A DNA stretch of 64,000 bases from Intoshia linei (Eukaryota > Animalia > Orthonectida): the NCBI GenBank assembly GCA_001642005.1, contig LWCA01000011.1:27475-91474 (forward strand). Reading direction: 5' to 3'. A model generated the notes under the pieces. The model ran no database searches and had not been told where the DNA came from. It worked only from the letters and a program-made list of their open reading frames with translations. The position numbers and the translations under genes were made by a program. This document shows positions 25,262 through 37,947 of the stretch, piece by piece; positions within the stretch are counted from its first letter, which is position 1, and every line of letters starts with the position of its first letter.

Positions 25262-28228
25262 TTAATACAAATGTTTGTCTATATAAATTTGTAATTGCTC
25301 TAATTTTTTGTCAATTTCGTTAATGTTGTAATCCTTAATTGTGTCTAAAGGAAATATTTAAAAGTTTAATTTCAAAAATACCTGATTTGTAGATATCAAC
25401 CGATGAATCAGATTCGATGTAATAATTTTGCCTGGATTTTATATTGGGTTTATTTTTTTTTAATACTGATTTTGATTTTGATTTTGATTGGTACTTGCTT
25501 TTATTGTTACTGGAAATATTAAAATTTGAATCTGAATCGCTAGTGTTAAGTCTTTCGTCTAATTTTTCATGTTTAAATTAAAAATTTTGTACCTGATCTG
25601 TATTGAAACTGACCACTTCCGAAAATTGGCTTTTTTGTTCTAAATTTTTTTTATAAATACAGGTATATTCTTATATTTTTAAATTTACCTCGTCTTGCAT
25701 TGGTTTATGTATTGTTTTTTCTTTACATATTCTGTTGGATTAAATCTTTTAAATCCACCTATATGGCATTATAATATAAATGCAAATATTATTACTTGAT
25801 GCACTATGAGATCTTTTAATTTGAGTATTATTATCGTTGCACATGATCCTGTAATTGGCAGAATTTGACCTTACTTGCCTTTTTTGTGGTTCAGTCATAT
25901 ATCTACTTTTAATGTGGCCATATTGGTTTGATTTGTAGTAATGGTTCTTGTTAGAGTTACTACAATTATTAAAATGTGAATTCCGTTTACTCGGTTTGAG
26001 ATTTGAGGAACAGCTATCTGAAGAAAATCTATCTTGAAAATTCTTTTTATAATTTGAATTTTGTGATGAATTTAATCGATAAACGGATAATTGAGTTGAT
26101 AGCTGTTTTACCCGTGCAATTAATCGTTTCTCTTCCTTTTTCATCGTATTTATCTAAAAATGGTATATTTCCCTTTAAAAATGTAAACAGTTTCCTGAAG
26201 TCGCCGATTTTCATATTCTGTATCGGAAATATGTTGTCGAAATTCTCTTCTTTCTTTCTTCATGTGACTTTTTAATTGAGAGACAATGGATTGCAGCGAT
26301 TTTTCCGTGTTGTTTCCTGTTTGGTTTATATTTTCACAATACGGAATTGATTCAGAAATGGTAACAACGTCTGTAACAAGAGGTAATGGTAATGGATATT
26401 GCACCGTATCGAATCGAGAAGTGTACGTCAAAACCAAATACCGTTTATTGTGAATATCTCGGACAAATTTGCAATCTTGTCGATTAGTTTTCATTCTCTG
26501 AATTTTTTCCAAGTCTTCATATGTCAAAATGGTTAATGAAATTTCTGGACATTGTTCAGTCTGAAATTTACAAAAATAATTATAAAATAATTGACAAAAA
26601 CTGCATCACCCAATCAAAGCAATAGGCCCTATAAAATTTTTTAAGAAAATGTGACCTCTATACATTGGTTAATCGATCTTTCATTATTTAAAAATTAAAA
26701 ATAACTAATTGGACTGTTTAAATTAATAGAACATTTTATTATACGATAATTTTGGTATAATTAAGAAATTTTCCAATATTACCTATTAATAAATTAAAAA
26801 ACTAGACCTCATGATTGTAGGCCGTGTCATATAGATACTATGTCACCTCTCCTGGACCCACACACATTTTGTGTCATCTGTCCCCAGTGGTTCTTAAAAA
26901 ATTTTTTTTTAACGCACCCTTATGGATTATAAAAATGAAACGTATCAAAATTTTAATACCTCATTTCGTATCCGAGAGCTACTTTGCACCGAAGAAATTT
27001 TTGGAAAATGGGGTATTTTTTCCAAATTGAGCATTAAAAAAATGAAGCGTCCTGAATAACAACTATTTTATGGTCAAATTTAACCTGTATATTCCAAACC
27101 CACTATTAAGCGCTATATGGCACTACGAATCATTAGTTAAATTTTTTTAGGAGCTTATTTTTGATATTGTGGTTTGTAGCATGGTTGATTCATCTGTCTC
27201 ATTAGAACACCATTTTCGCATTTCTAATTTAAAAGGGTATGTTTTGTAGAAAAATTAAAGTTATGGATGAACATATAATTACTTAAGTCTTGGAACATTT
27301 CATTATAAAAAAATTCATAACACATATCACATCATAAATGTAAAAATTTCAAATACAGCCCAAAAAATCGTCATAGTCCACTTTCTAATTTACATTATCA
27401 AAATAGTAAATATGTAAGAAATTTTTCATTACATATTCATTCAGAATGACCCTAGTCCAGAGGTGGGGAAGCATTTACTGTTAACGAAGGCCATATTAAC
27501 GTCCATAAAATTTTAATAAGGCCCCACGTTTCTAAATAAAATTCAATCAAATACAGCAGTGCTTCTCATGGAGGTGACTGGTCACCCAAGGGGTGAATGA
27601 TACATTTATAGCATATTTTATTCAATTTAGTAAAATCTTATGAGAAAACACCATAATTTTACCAACCTTAAGGAAAAAATCCTTTTTACCAATATTTTGT
27701 GAAAAATCTCGTTTTACCAAAAATTAAAATTTTAAAAATAATAAAATAATTCAAATTGTTAAAAATTTATCTTATTGTTAAAATGAAATTTTTCAATAAA
27801 TAAAGATAATTTATGACATGTCGAAAATATTACAATATTTTTGAAATATTAAATGTGAAAAAAGATGAATTAATTTTAATAATAAATCATATTTTAATAA
27901 TTTTAATTACGGATAGATTTATATATATTTTGTATTTACCTGATACAATCGAATCATATCACAAAATATATTAAACGATTTATAACTTCCACTTTTTTTA
28001 GACATTTTTTCAATATCTATAAAAATATTAGTATAATTAATTCTACTTAATGGAAATATTACATTTATTATTGAATGTATCAGCCCAACATAGTTTTGTT
28101 TCTACATTTTTAAGGAAAATATTGATATTTTTCAAATTTGCTTCAAAATCTTCTAAACGAATTATCAAAGAATAAGGTCCAACTTTGGTATTTAATAATA
28201 AGTTTTTATTGATATCCTGACGCACCAT
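25262..28228 (-). CDS. CCDC61: Centrosomal coiled-coil protein CCDC61 (VFL3 homolog)
   Basis: Head-domain motifs WADTF...IEKMSKKVGSYKSFNIFCDM...LTILTYEDLE...KRYLVLTYTSRFDTVQYPLPLP, then a coiled coil, a Ser/Asn-rich region and C-terminal EIDKKLEQLQIYIDKHLY*. Confidence 0.85.
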
Positions 28229-28789
28229 TTTATTTTTAAATATATAAAATTCCAATTGTTTATTCTTACGTTTCTATGATGTAAATTTACCACTATAAAC
28301 ATTGCTGGTTGTATAAATGTAACGCGTTGAGTTTATCCGTTGATATGTTCAAACTAATTTTAGAATTTATTATTATGAACATTGTTTCATTAAATTATTA
28401 TTAAATTGTTAATTAATTTAACTTGCTAAATTATTAAATTAAAATAATTTACTATTATAATTAATAGAAACACTCAGAATCAAACCATCGCGTTGATTCA
28501 TACGTGTGAAAAGACCAACTTTTCAATAATAATGTGAATAATAATATAATGTGAGAAAGTGCAAACAATTGGAGCATGTCTCAAGATAGGTTGTGAATTG
28601 TGACTCTGCGTGCAATCTTTACCATGCTTTTAGAAATATTTATGAGATCAATAAAAATTAATTTCAATGATATGGGAAACACCATGGCAAGTCTGTTATA
28701 CAATATATTGACCTAAAAGTTGGTTTAAACTCTGAAAATATTAAAAAGTATCTGTTGGTGAAGTTTCACACTGAATTTAAAACCTCGGT

Positions 28790-31783
28790 ATGGATAATAC
28801 TGAGTCTGCTGACAATGACAAGTTAAAAAGTGTCATGTTAACAGATGATATTGCTAGAGCGGCCCAAAAGGTTCGTCGACGTCCATATAGTCAATTTTAC
28901 ACATTTAAATACCCCAAGAAAATTTACAATAAGGTCGATAACGTCAAGAATATCAAATCGTTTCAAATTAAACACGAAAAAATAGAAACGAAAGAAATAA
29001 AAGCTGGACCATGTCTAATTGATAAACCTAATAAAACCAAAAGTAAATCAGTTTTAGAAATTTATCCTGAAAAAATCGAAATTCCAATAAGCCGATACAA
29101 ATCCATGAATTATGACGATACTGTTGCTTATCCATTTACTAGCATCGAAGAAATAAAACTAAATTTCCCACGTAGACAGACAGAAAATGAAAAATTTTTG
29201 AATCATCTCAAAATTGGCGCACAACCTCAACCCTTATACAATTCTAACAATGACAAACAATGTGAAACACCTGTCAACGTACCATCCTCGTCGTCTAATG
29301 AAGATAGTATTTATGAAAATTACAACGACATAAAAGAAAGATTAAACATAATCTACGCGGAACATTTAAACTCGAAATTTGATAAAATTGACAATGCACC
29401 AATACCTCTACCTAGAAAAAAACGCCAAAAGGGTACTTAAATACAACAATATCAAAATGTATATAATTTTTTGATTTTTATAGAAAGTGAAAATATTGTG
29501 GAAATTAATGAAACCATCTCATCCTTTGATTTTCTTGAAGACATGAATAATACCGATGACGAAATTGAACCTATTGATCGAAAAAGTTTATTATATTGAT
29601 ATATTTTTTAAAACTAATAAAATCTAAATAATAGATGTATCGAACAATCCTACAATAAATAATATAGGAGACAAAATTGACCAGGAATTTGAAAATGCTC
29701 TGAATCGCGATTTCGATATACAAGATACATGCAGTTCCGAATCTTCAAATACTCAAAGTACTCAACACGCTACCGATATTGTTATTTCTAAACCAACAGT
29801 CAGCTCCATGATATCATTTGTTCAGCAGGTACTCAATTCAACCAAAATTTCCAGTTTACATAATTTTATAGGCGAATGGAAAAGTTTGGCAGGGGTACGC
29901 CCTTATTTCAACAAAGAAAAAATTACGATCCAGGTTCCTACGTTGTTGGTTACATTTTGATTCAAAAACCTTTTCTGTATCATACCGAACCTCTAATGTA
30001 ATCAATTTTTATCTTTATACCACGATTATTAGATTACTAGAAAAATTTTAATTTACGCATCAGAGATGAAAAACGTTGTACAAGATATTTCTGTAATTGT
30101 TTTGATTTATAATCTGTCAATTTTGTAGAATCAATTTAGTAGCAAATTTTATTGCTTTGATTTAATAACCACCAACAAAAACTACAGATTTGGTACATTT
30201 TCTATAGGTATATTATTTTTTATTTCATTCATTATAATGCATACAATTATTTGTCTAAAAGTATCTATTTAAAGAAATAATTGAGCTTATTATCGTATTT
30301 ATATTATTTTATTACTCATAAAATAAAAAAAATGGTTTATTACCTAGAAATTTAATGTTTTCGTATTCTAACTTATATAATATGCTACGCGATTTTTGTT
30401 TGTGTGTACCACTTTATTGAAATAACTACCAGTCTTAGAATTTTTTAAAGACCACATTTTAATTACAGTTTTTTCCGGGACGTATAATAAGATAAATTTC
30501 AACCTCCCAATTTCACATCTTACGGGTCAAAAACTCCAATTATCCCTCTTTTTGAAAATCAAACGAGTTGGACAATTTAAAAAAATGTATACGCTGATAC
30601 GGATTTTAAAATCATAAACATTATTATAAATTTAAATTTAAAAACATTATATCTTCATGGCCAAAACCCCAAATTACTCTTCTTTTTTTAATGAAAACAG
30701 CCCTAGAATTTCAAAAAATTTCAATCCGAATAAGTGACAACTTCACGGTCAAAAAAGCATTTTAGTATTCATATTTTTTTTTCGAAATATTTTATTAAAA
30801 TAAAAAATGTGAAATAATTAACGGTCCGAAAATTTAAAAAAAAAGAAGATTATTCTGATAGAGCTTATTCCAGTTGATATAAATACAAAATTTCAACCCC
30901 AGAAATCTACGCATTCCCGATGAAAAATAATTTTTAATATATTATCAACCAATATTTTTCAAATATTTCGATGAACAAATAAATAAATGTAAAATAAATG
31001 TAAAAATGTTCATATCTCAAGACGTTCATCTTTGGAGAATTGACTGTATTTATAAATAGTTTTTTAGATTTGACAAGCCTTGTATTTCATATGCATAAAC
31101 CATATACCCATGAAACGTTGTTCTGATTTTATTTAGATGCCGAAAAATTAAAATAAATTCTGTCGTGGATCCCAATAATTTAAAAATTTGATCGTTTGAT
31201 TTTCTATTATAATATTATTATTAATGATAAACAACTATAAAAAATTATTTCGAAAAGTGACTGAAAAAAATGCAATCAATGTCTTAATCCTTAATATTGA
31301 TAATTTGTAGTATTTTCTCCGGTGCATATATTTTTTAATAAGTAAAAAATAAATGCTGGTTTAAAAGAGTTATTTATTTCTAAATTTTTGGTTAAGTTTT
31401 AATTATATAAAAATATTAACAATTAATATACCGGCAATTTATAATTCAGGGAATTTGGAACTTGCATTTTCATATTAATTAGCAATTAACATCTATATTT
31501 ACGATTAATCAACAATATATTAAGGTTTAAGAATGACACTGAATTCTGATATTTATCCGTATACAAATTGTCTGAAATTTTCAAATTCTAAAGAATTCTA
31601 AATTACCGGGCATATATAATATTTATACAATAAAATCACGTTTGGAAACTAATACATTATTGTATTATACATTTCCACTTTGTGTTTGTAAAATATGTCA
31701 AATATATTAAATTATTTATAGATGACATGACAATTTGGAGTAGTGTTTTGATGGAAGCGATACTAGCGGAAAAAGGTGGCTAA
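28790..31783 (+). CDS. PH-domain adaptor-like protein with long disordered N-terminus (3' end may extend to 32020)
   Basis: ORF 28790-29440 splices in frame through tiny introns to WQGYALISTKKKLRSRFLRCWLHFDSKTFSVSY...KILIYASEMKNV...FYCFDLITPTKNYRFGTFSI|DDMTIWSSVLMEAI, a PH-like pattern ending in a Trp-containing helix. Two more in-frame exons (31843-32020) are possible. Confidence 0.7.
30367..30975 (+). mobile_element. Helitron-like repeat copy in an intron of the PH-domain gene
   Basis: Starts TCTAACTTATATAATATGCTACGCGATTTTTGTTTGTGTGT; near-identical in reverse complement to 5990-6633 and 39345-39775. Confidence 0.7.
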
Positions 31784-32597
31784 AATGTATATTTGAAGCA
31801 TGTAATAAATTTTAAAATTTACCAGTTTACTAAATGCGTTAGACTACGATCGATTAAAAAAACAAAAAGTTGTAGTTTTTGAAATTGTATATGTTTAAAT
31901 GCTAAGTCGTCAAGTTGGATAAATATATTAATGTGATAGATTGACAGTGAGATGTATATTTCTACAAGAAAGGCAAACAGTAATCCCTTAGTCTGTGCTA
32001 GCAATGAACGTCATAAATGATAGTTTCGTATTATTAATAGTAGAAATCGGATCTAAATGGGGATTCGATTTTGCATAATAATAATTTTAATAATAATTTG
32101 CATAAGATTTTGATATAAATTAATTGCTGTATTGGAATCTTATCAAATGTATTTAATTTTGACAGGGAGCATTAAATTTGTAATTTACAACTTTTACTAT
32201 TGCAGCAAACTTTCTTACTGCTTTAGGGTTTACAATAAAATATTGGAAGCGTGATAATTTGTAACAATCTCATTTTAGAAAATGTCAATACTCCAACGTG
32301 TAATTATATCATTTCATTATTTCATTAAAAGTTTTAGAGAATAAGTTTAAACCTTTAAGCACTTTATCAAAATAAATCCATCCCATAATTGATTTTTGCA
32401 TTAACACTTGTTGCACGCCAAAAAGTTTTCTTATGATTGTACCGTTTGAGATGAATACAGGGATATAAATCTGAATATTTTTAACGATTCAAACTATTAT
32501 CGACAACTGCATTTTAATTGATAGATTTTTGACCCACAATTGCAGTTGTCTAATCATTTAAATATTCCATTTACAAATTAATCTCGATTGAAATGGA

Positions 32598-35500
32598 ATG
32601 ACTATTTGCATTTTTTTATTTTACGTATTTGTACAAATCGTATTAGGGGTGCCTTTACCTGAAAGATATAATCATCCATGGGATCATTTTACAGGAAATA
32701 TTCCTTTTGCGTCACAGAAAATTGTATACGAAAGTGGTTTTTATGTTTTTATTTTGCGTATACATAATTTAGCAAATGCTACTGTTTGCCAATGGGAAAC
32801 TGTGGTCATTCATTGTGAAACTTATAAATCTGTCATCATTATCAAAAGTGCAATTTATGGTAGAATGCACACTCTTTATAAGAAATGTATCCAAAACTCG
32901 TATGGCTTTCAGGGTTGTTATAAAGATGTTTCAAGTTATATATACTCAAAATGCTTCGCTCAAAAGAGGTGCACAATCACGCTTCCAGATTTTCATTTGG
33001 ATAAAATGGGATCTTGTCCAGACGATTTAAAATCCTTTTTAATTATACAATACGTCTGTCTAAAAAGTAAATCTTTCAATTAAAATTGACATGTACAATT
33101 TATTTATTTCTTAGTTGAAAACCATCAAAAAGTCAACATACAATTCAAGCACGTTCATTTGAACAAAAAGGGTTTTGTTGTCAGCAAAAAACAGCAACAA
33201 ATATTTTTAATTGGATATATGGATCAATTCAAAAGTGAAATGTATCTAAATCTCAAAATTTCGATTTATTCTCCACATGGAAATGATTATAAACTTTCCA
33301 AATATATACGACTTGTTAAAAACAAAACTGCACTATGCCATTCTGCTGGTTACATTATTCCCGATTTTAACAATGACAGTATATTTATCATTCAATATAT
33401 AGTTTATTCTTTTTAAAAAATTCAAAATTTACCACACAAGTTCAAAGTTAATACATTTATTAGTATTCAATCTTTTTAAGGTAAAATTACAGTAATACAA
33501 TATTTTTCATTTTTAGCAAAAATTGTGAATATAGCCTGATTATAAATTTGTAAAATTAAAATTGATTAACTATATTTTTATTGTCAAACATAATTCAATT
33601 TTTATGTCCAATGCTTAAATAAACATTTAATTGGGTTAAGATAAACATAAAACTTGCTTTATAATTTGGTACACAATTCTGAGGAAAAAATGAAAGTGTC
33701 GAAACTGATTTGTAATCAATTGACTTATCCTATAAACTTGAAAAAATTGATTTTATAATCCTTATATTTATATACTACTTTGTATTCTCTATTATTTTAA
33801 GTACATCTTGAGACGTCATGAATTAAGATAAGTTTAGGATTCGTTTATAATAATTAATAATAATTTATCAACGAATTACTAATATATATATATATTATTT
33901 CATTATGTTTATTATTAGTCATAGTAATTTTGACTATATCAAATTCAAATATGACCATATTAAATGCAAACATGACTATATCAAATACAAACATGACTAT
34001 ATAAATAGAGAATATCTATATCTTAATTTTTTTGATTGATTGACATTAAATCGAGTCCACATTGTATTATTTGTAAAAAATCAATTATTATTAATATAAT
34101 CACGTTTTAATGAAGCATTTTATTACATTTATATTCCTAAATCGATGATTTTTCAACCTCTTATACCATCGTTATTTACTACCTTTATGGAAGTAGATAG
34201 AAAATAATGAAGTAATCGTCTAATTCATGATTAAGCATGTAATATAATTATTGTACCATCTAACTTAATATTCGAAACGTTTGAATCAATTTATAAATTT
34301 CTGTGGATCACCATAAATCAACATTTCTCATAAGCCGTTTTTTATGTACATTTTTGTATTAACATTTTTAAGTAAATTTTTGAGTTATTATTGCAACATT
34401 TAATTTAAATTTTAAATAAATGAACCGACATTGAGTACTAAAAACTGGACAGATGCGTATCAATGGGTTCAAAAACAAAAGACTATTATTATGTCACATG
34501 ATCAGTATTATGTACCAACTGGAAATGATGTTAACTTGACCGAAGACTAAGTGAGTCAATATGTGGATTCAATAAATCAAAGCAGTTTTGAAAATTTTTT
34601 TAATATAAGAAAATGTTTAAATTCTGTTTGGAAAATATCGCTTGATCGTGAAAATTGAAAATCTAGAGTCGAAAGTTATCCCATTGAATGTCAAAAGAAA
34701 GAGGGGACGACCAGCTCAGGCAATCAAGTTTTGCTGAGGCAGTGTTAAATTAACGGTTAATTCAATAAATTAAAAATTAGTTAATTAAAAGTCTATTCAC
34801 CCCAATAAAACAATTATTATGACATGTCATAATTGTGTAGAAATACACAATTTGCACTTATAAAATGTACTGAATTTGAGTACAAATAACGTCTTCACGT
34901 CATCACATCTTTTAAATTTTTATTGTTGGCTTTATGAATCATATATAATACATGGTGTTTGAAATATACAACAAAAATGTATGTGAAATTTAATCAAATA
35001 CAAATATACAAATGTATGTACATATAAAAATTTAATGTGAAAAGTGACATTAGTTTAATTCAATGATTTTGTGGAAGTTAATAGATAAGTTGGTAACCTT
35101 TAAACGTAAATCGCCACGTTTTTCAATATTGAAACATGTTCTATGTTTGCCGAAAAAATATGGCTAAATCCTTTTGGAATCAGATAGTGATTTCCTATAT
35201 AAAATTTTGATAAAATTAAATTTTTCAAAAAAATATTGGTAAAAGATGATTATTTCTTTAATGGTTGGTAAAATTGGGTTTTTTCTTTTGGGATTTGATA
35301 GAGGCATTTTTTATCTAAAAGTTTGGTAAAATTTTGGTTTTTTCACATATTTAACTAAATTGAATAAAATATGTTAAAAATTTATTATTCACCGTTATTC
35401 ACCCCAATCATCTAAAATTTTAGTATTTACCCCCTCATAAAAATATTTACCCCATGAGAAGCACTGATTTAGACGCTAATATTATAAATTATAATGACAT

Positions 35501-36549
35501 AAACTATAAACGCTGTAACTATTAAATTATATGTTACAATAATAACTCAAATTTGTTTAAATTAAAAAAATAATGTTGATCTCTGGATATTTTACTGTAG
35601 TAGTGTTCGATAAAAAATTAATTTTATCTGGCATAGGCCCTATCGTACGTGTAAAAATACGGTTGCTTTGAATGGAAATATTATAGACATTAATTTTAAT
35701 TTGTTTACATAAAAATATAAATTATAATTCCATTTGAACTCGTCGTTTAATTATAGTCAATTATCCCTTTTAAGAAGTATGTTCTATAGTGCTTTTTTCT
35801 CTAGGTTCACTTAACCTTTAATGTATCCGTTAGGCAACAATGGTACAATAAAAAAAAATTCCATTTTTAAAATTTTAAACAAAAAAGTTTAAAATATACG
35901 TTAATACAATTAATAATTATAATTTCATCAGAATATTGTTTAACTTATACCAATAATAAAACAAATCATTATGAATTATCCATCAAAAGAGGAAAAATGT
36001 ATATTAATGGAAGAAACGATCCAATTTTAATCAAATATGAATACGAATATGGTAAATGATAAAAAACATACACTAAACTCAACATAGCTAAATGTGAAAT
36101 GCCAAAACTGCCACCAAAATCGTGGCACGCCCAGGAAGGTAACATTTTCACAGTTGGGTGTATTTGGGATAAGAAAAATAAATGGCGCTATGATTGCATA
36201 TCAAAGACATGGGAAAACAACAACAACCTTCCAATACCCCAAAAATGCTACATTGAAGGTAAAAACTATGCAACACAATAAAAAAGTATTTAGAATCAGT
36301 TATTATTGGGAATGAATCAATGAGTTAATATTGTATATTTAACAATTCAATATAATTTAGCTTATATAGCAATGTCAGTTTTATTTTTGTCAATATTTGC
36401 CTCTTTTATAATATTAACATGTATCATCTTATACATAAAAAAGTAATGATAGTCGAAAATGTTAACTTTTAATTTTATTTAGAAAAAAATGTGTAGAAAA
36501 TGATATATTTCAAGTTCGAACAAGTTCGAACAAATTCCAAATTATTTGA
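32598..36549 (+). CDS. Type I membrane protein: signal peptide, SUEL/galactose-binding lectin, CUB-like region, Cys-rich sushi-like module, TM
   Basis: Signal MTICIFLFYVFVQIVLG; SUEL motif C...SAIYGRM...C...GC.KDV....C....C.I..PD.....C...L.S.L...Y.C. A phase-1 intron 33349-35931 joins ...TALCHSA|EYCLTY...ILIKYEYEY|AKCEMPKLPPKSW...VGC...WRYDC...W...C, followed by TM YIAMSVLFLSIFASFIILTCIILYI and KKKK. The join across the long intron is inferred. Confidence 0.7.
33931..34006. repeat. 21-bp minisatellite, about 3.5 copies
   Basis: TGACTATATCAAATTCAAATA / TGACCATATTAAATGCAAACA / TGACTATATCAAATACAAACA / TGACTATATAAAT. Confidence 0.85.
34419..34745 (+). mobile_element. Decayed C-terminus of a MULE/Mutator-type (SWIM-associated) transposase
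   Basis: PTLSTKNWTDAYQW...YYVP...*...SFENF....NSVWKI...N*, then frameshifted KVIPLNVKRKRGRPAQA. This resembles the W..AYQW and KRKRGRP tail of invertebrate MULE transposases, with the SWIM finger deleted. Recognised from memory. Confidence 0.5.
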
Positions 36550-36659
36550 AAAAGATTTTGAATTAAAATGGTGTCACAACAAAGACTGCATATATAGTCA
36601 ATATGCCTCGAAATCCTTCCAACTAGAAAAATGCATAAACATTTATCATTTATTAAACG

Positions 36660-37838
36660 TTATTTTGAATTAATTATATTCTTTGCTTGTAAATAGAGAG
36701 GTCTGTCAATCATGGCATCTTTTTCCACAATTACACCCTGTTAAAATGTTATATTTTATAAAACATAAATTACATCAGATTCAGGTGCTTCGTATTTGCT
36801 TATCACGCTCTTCGCCCAAAAAATGTCATCTTCCGTATACCCGTAGGAAGTATTTGAAACATCGACTTGAGCGGGGTGAATCAGTTGCATCCCATCAAAT
36901 CCCAAATTTCTACTACCTTCTGAAAAATTGGCCAACCCTTGTAGATCTAGTGATGTAAACTTAGAAAATGTGACTCTATAAATGTAAACCTTTAAATTTA
37001 GGGTAGACCATATCAATAGCGTTTAAATTAAATGCTTTGGCCACCATAATAAAATATTGTCTATGAAATGCTAAATTAGATTCGTCAGATTTGGTAAAAC
37101 GTCTGTGAATTCCTAAACTAATGAATATTTTATAAATCTAAAAGAACCCAAAGATATCGAAAAATCGTCAGATCCAAAAACGATAGCTTCAATGTTACAC
37201 ATGCAATTTTGCATTTGTTTGAGTCTAAGGAAAATATTGTTCAAATTTAGCAAAGATTTCGCGCTTTCAATGGTGAGAATAACCGGTATGGAATTCCTAG
37301 GTACTTGCACGCTATATTTTGAAACAAATTCTTGAATCTATATTTGGTTGATTAAAAAAGACTAGAAAGGTTAGAAAAACCATTATGAGATCTTTGATAT
37401 TTTCAAATTTTGGTACGACCAATCCACCAATTGTCATATTTTGCAGACACTGAAAATCTTTTTCAATCATTTCAAGGGAATGAGAATTGATACGCACGTA
37501 AATGTTTCTCATATTGAGAGTTTTATTGAAAACTTTTAAATTTTTATTTAACAAATTTCTACCTAAATCCTAATTTTTAGTTTGTAAACTGAAAATAAAA
37601 CTTTTGATTCGAAATTCAAAGCGTCTTCTAAATCTAAAACGATGCGTTTGCATTTCGTATTGACTTGTTTGACTTTATTCAGTTTACTTTGAGAATTACA
37701 CGGGATATACAGAAATGATTTGATTCGATCATTGCATCCAAAACTAACCATCGACCGAGATATAGTAACAAAACTATTAAATAAATTTTTCGACCTCAAT
37801 TTTAACATAAATTTTAATGCAATATTCTTTTTATGCAT
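36660..37838 (-). CDS. CLYBL: Citrate lyase beta-like / citramalyl-CoA lyase (HpcH/HpaI fold), mitochondrial
   Basis: SFLYIP...VLDLEDA, YVRIN, VPKFE, IESAKSLLNL, IVFGSDDF, AKAFNLNAIDMV, GFDGMQLIHPAQV, MIDRP; basic N-terminal presequence (alternative ATG at 37808); stop at 36660-36662. Confidence 0.92.
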
Positions 37839-37947
37839 AGTTATCTGGGAAACCAATTATATAATTAATTGAGTTTTCATAAGGCGTTTGCCAGGTAATA
37901 AAGTTTAAAAATTTCAAACTAGTTTTGTATAATTCAATATTCTAAAA

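Noticed and set aside
36660-37838. CLYBL as a horizontally acquired bacterial citE
   Set aside because: CLYBL is a normal animal mitochondrial gene; this copy has several spliceosomal introns and a presequence-like N-terminus.
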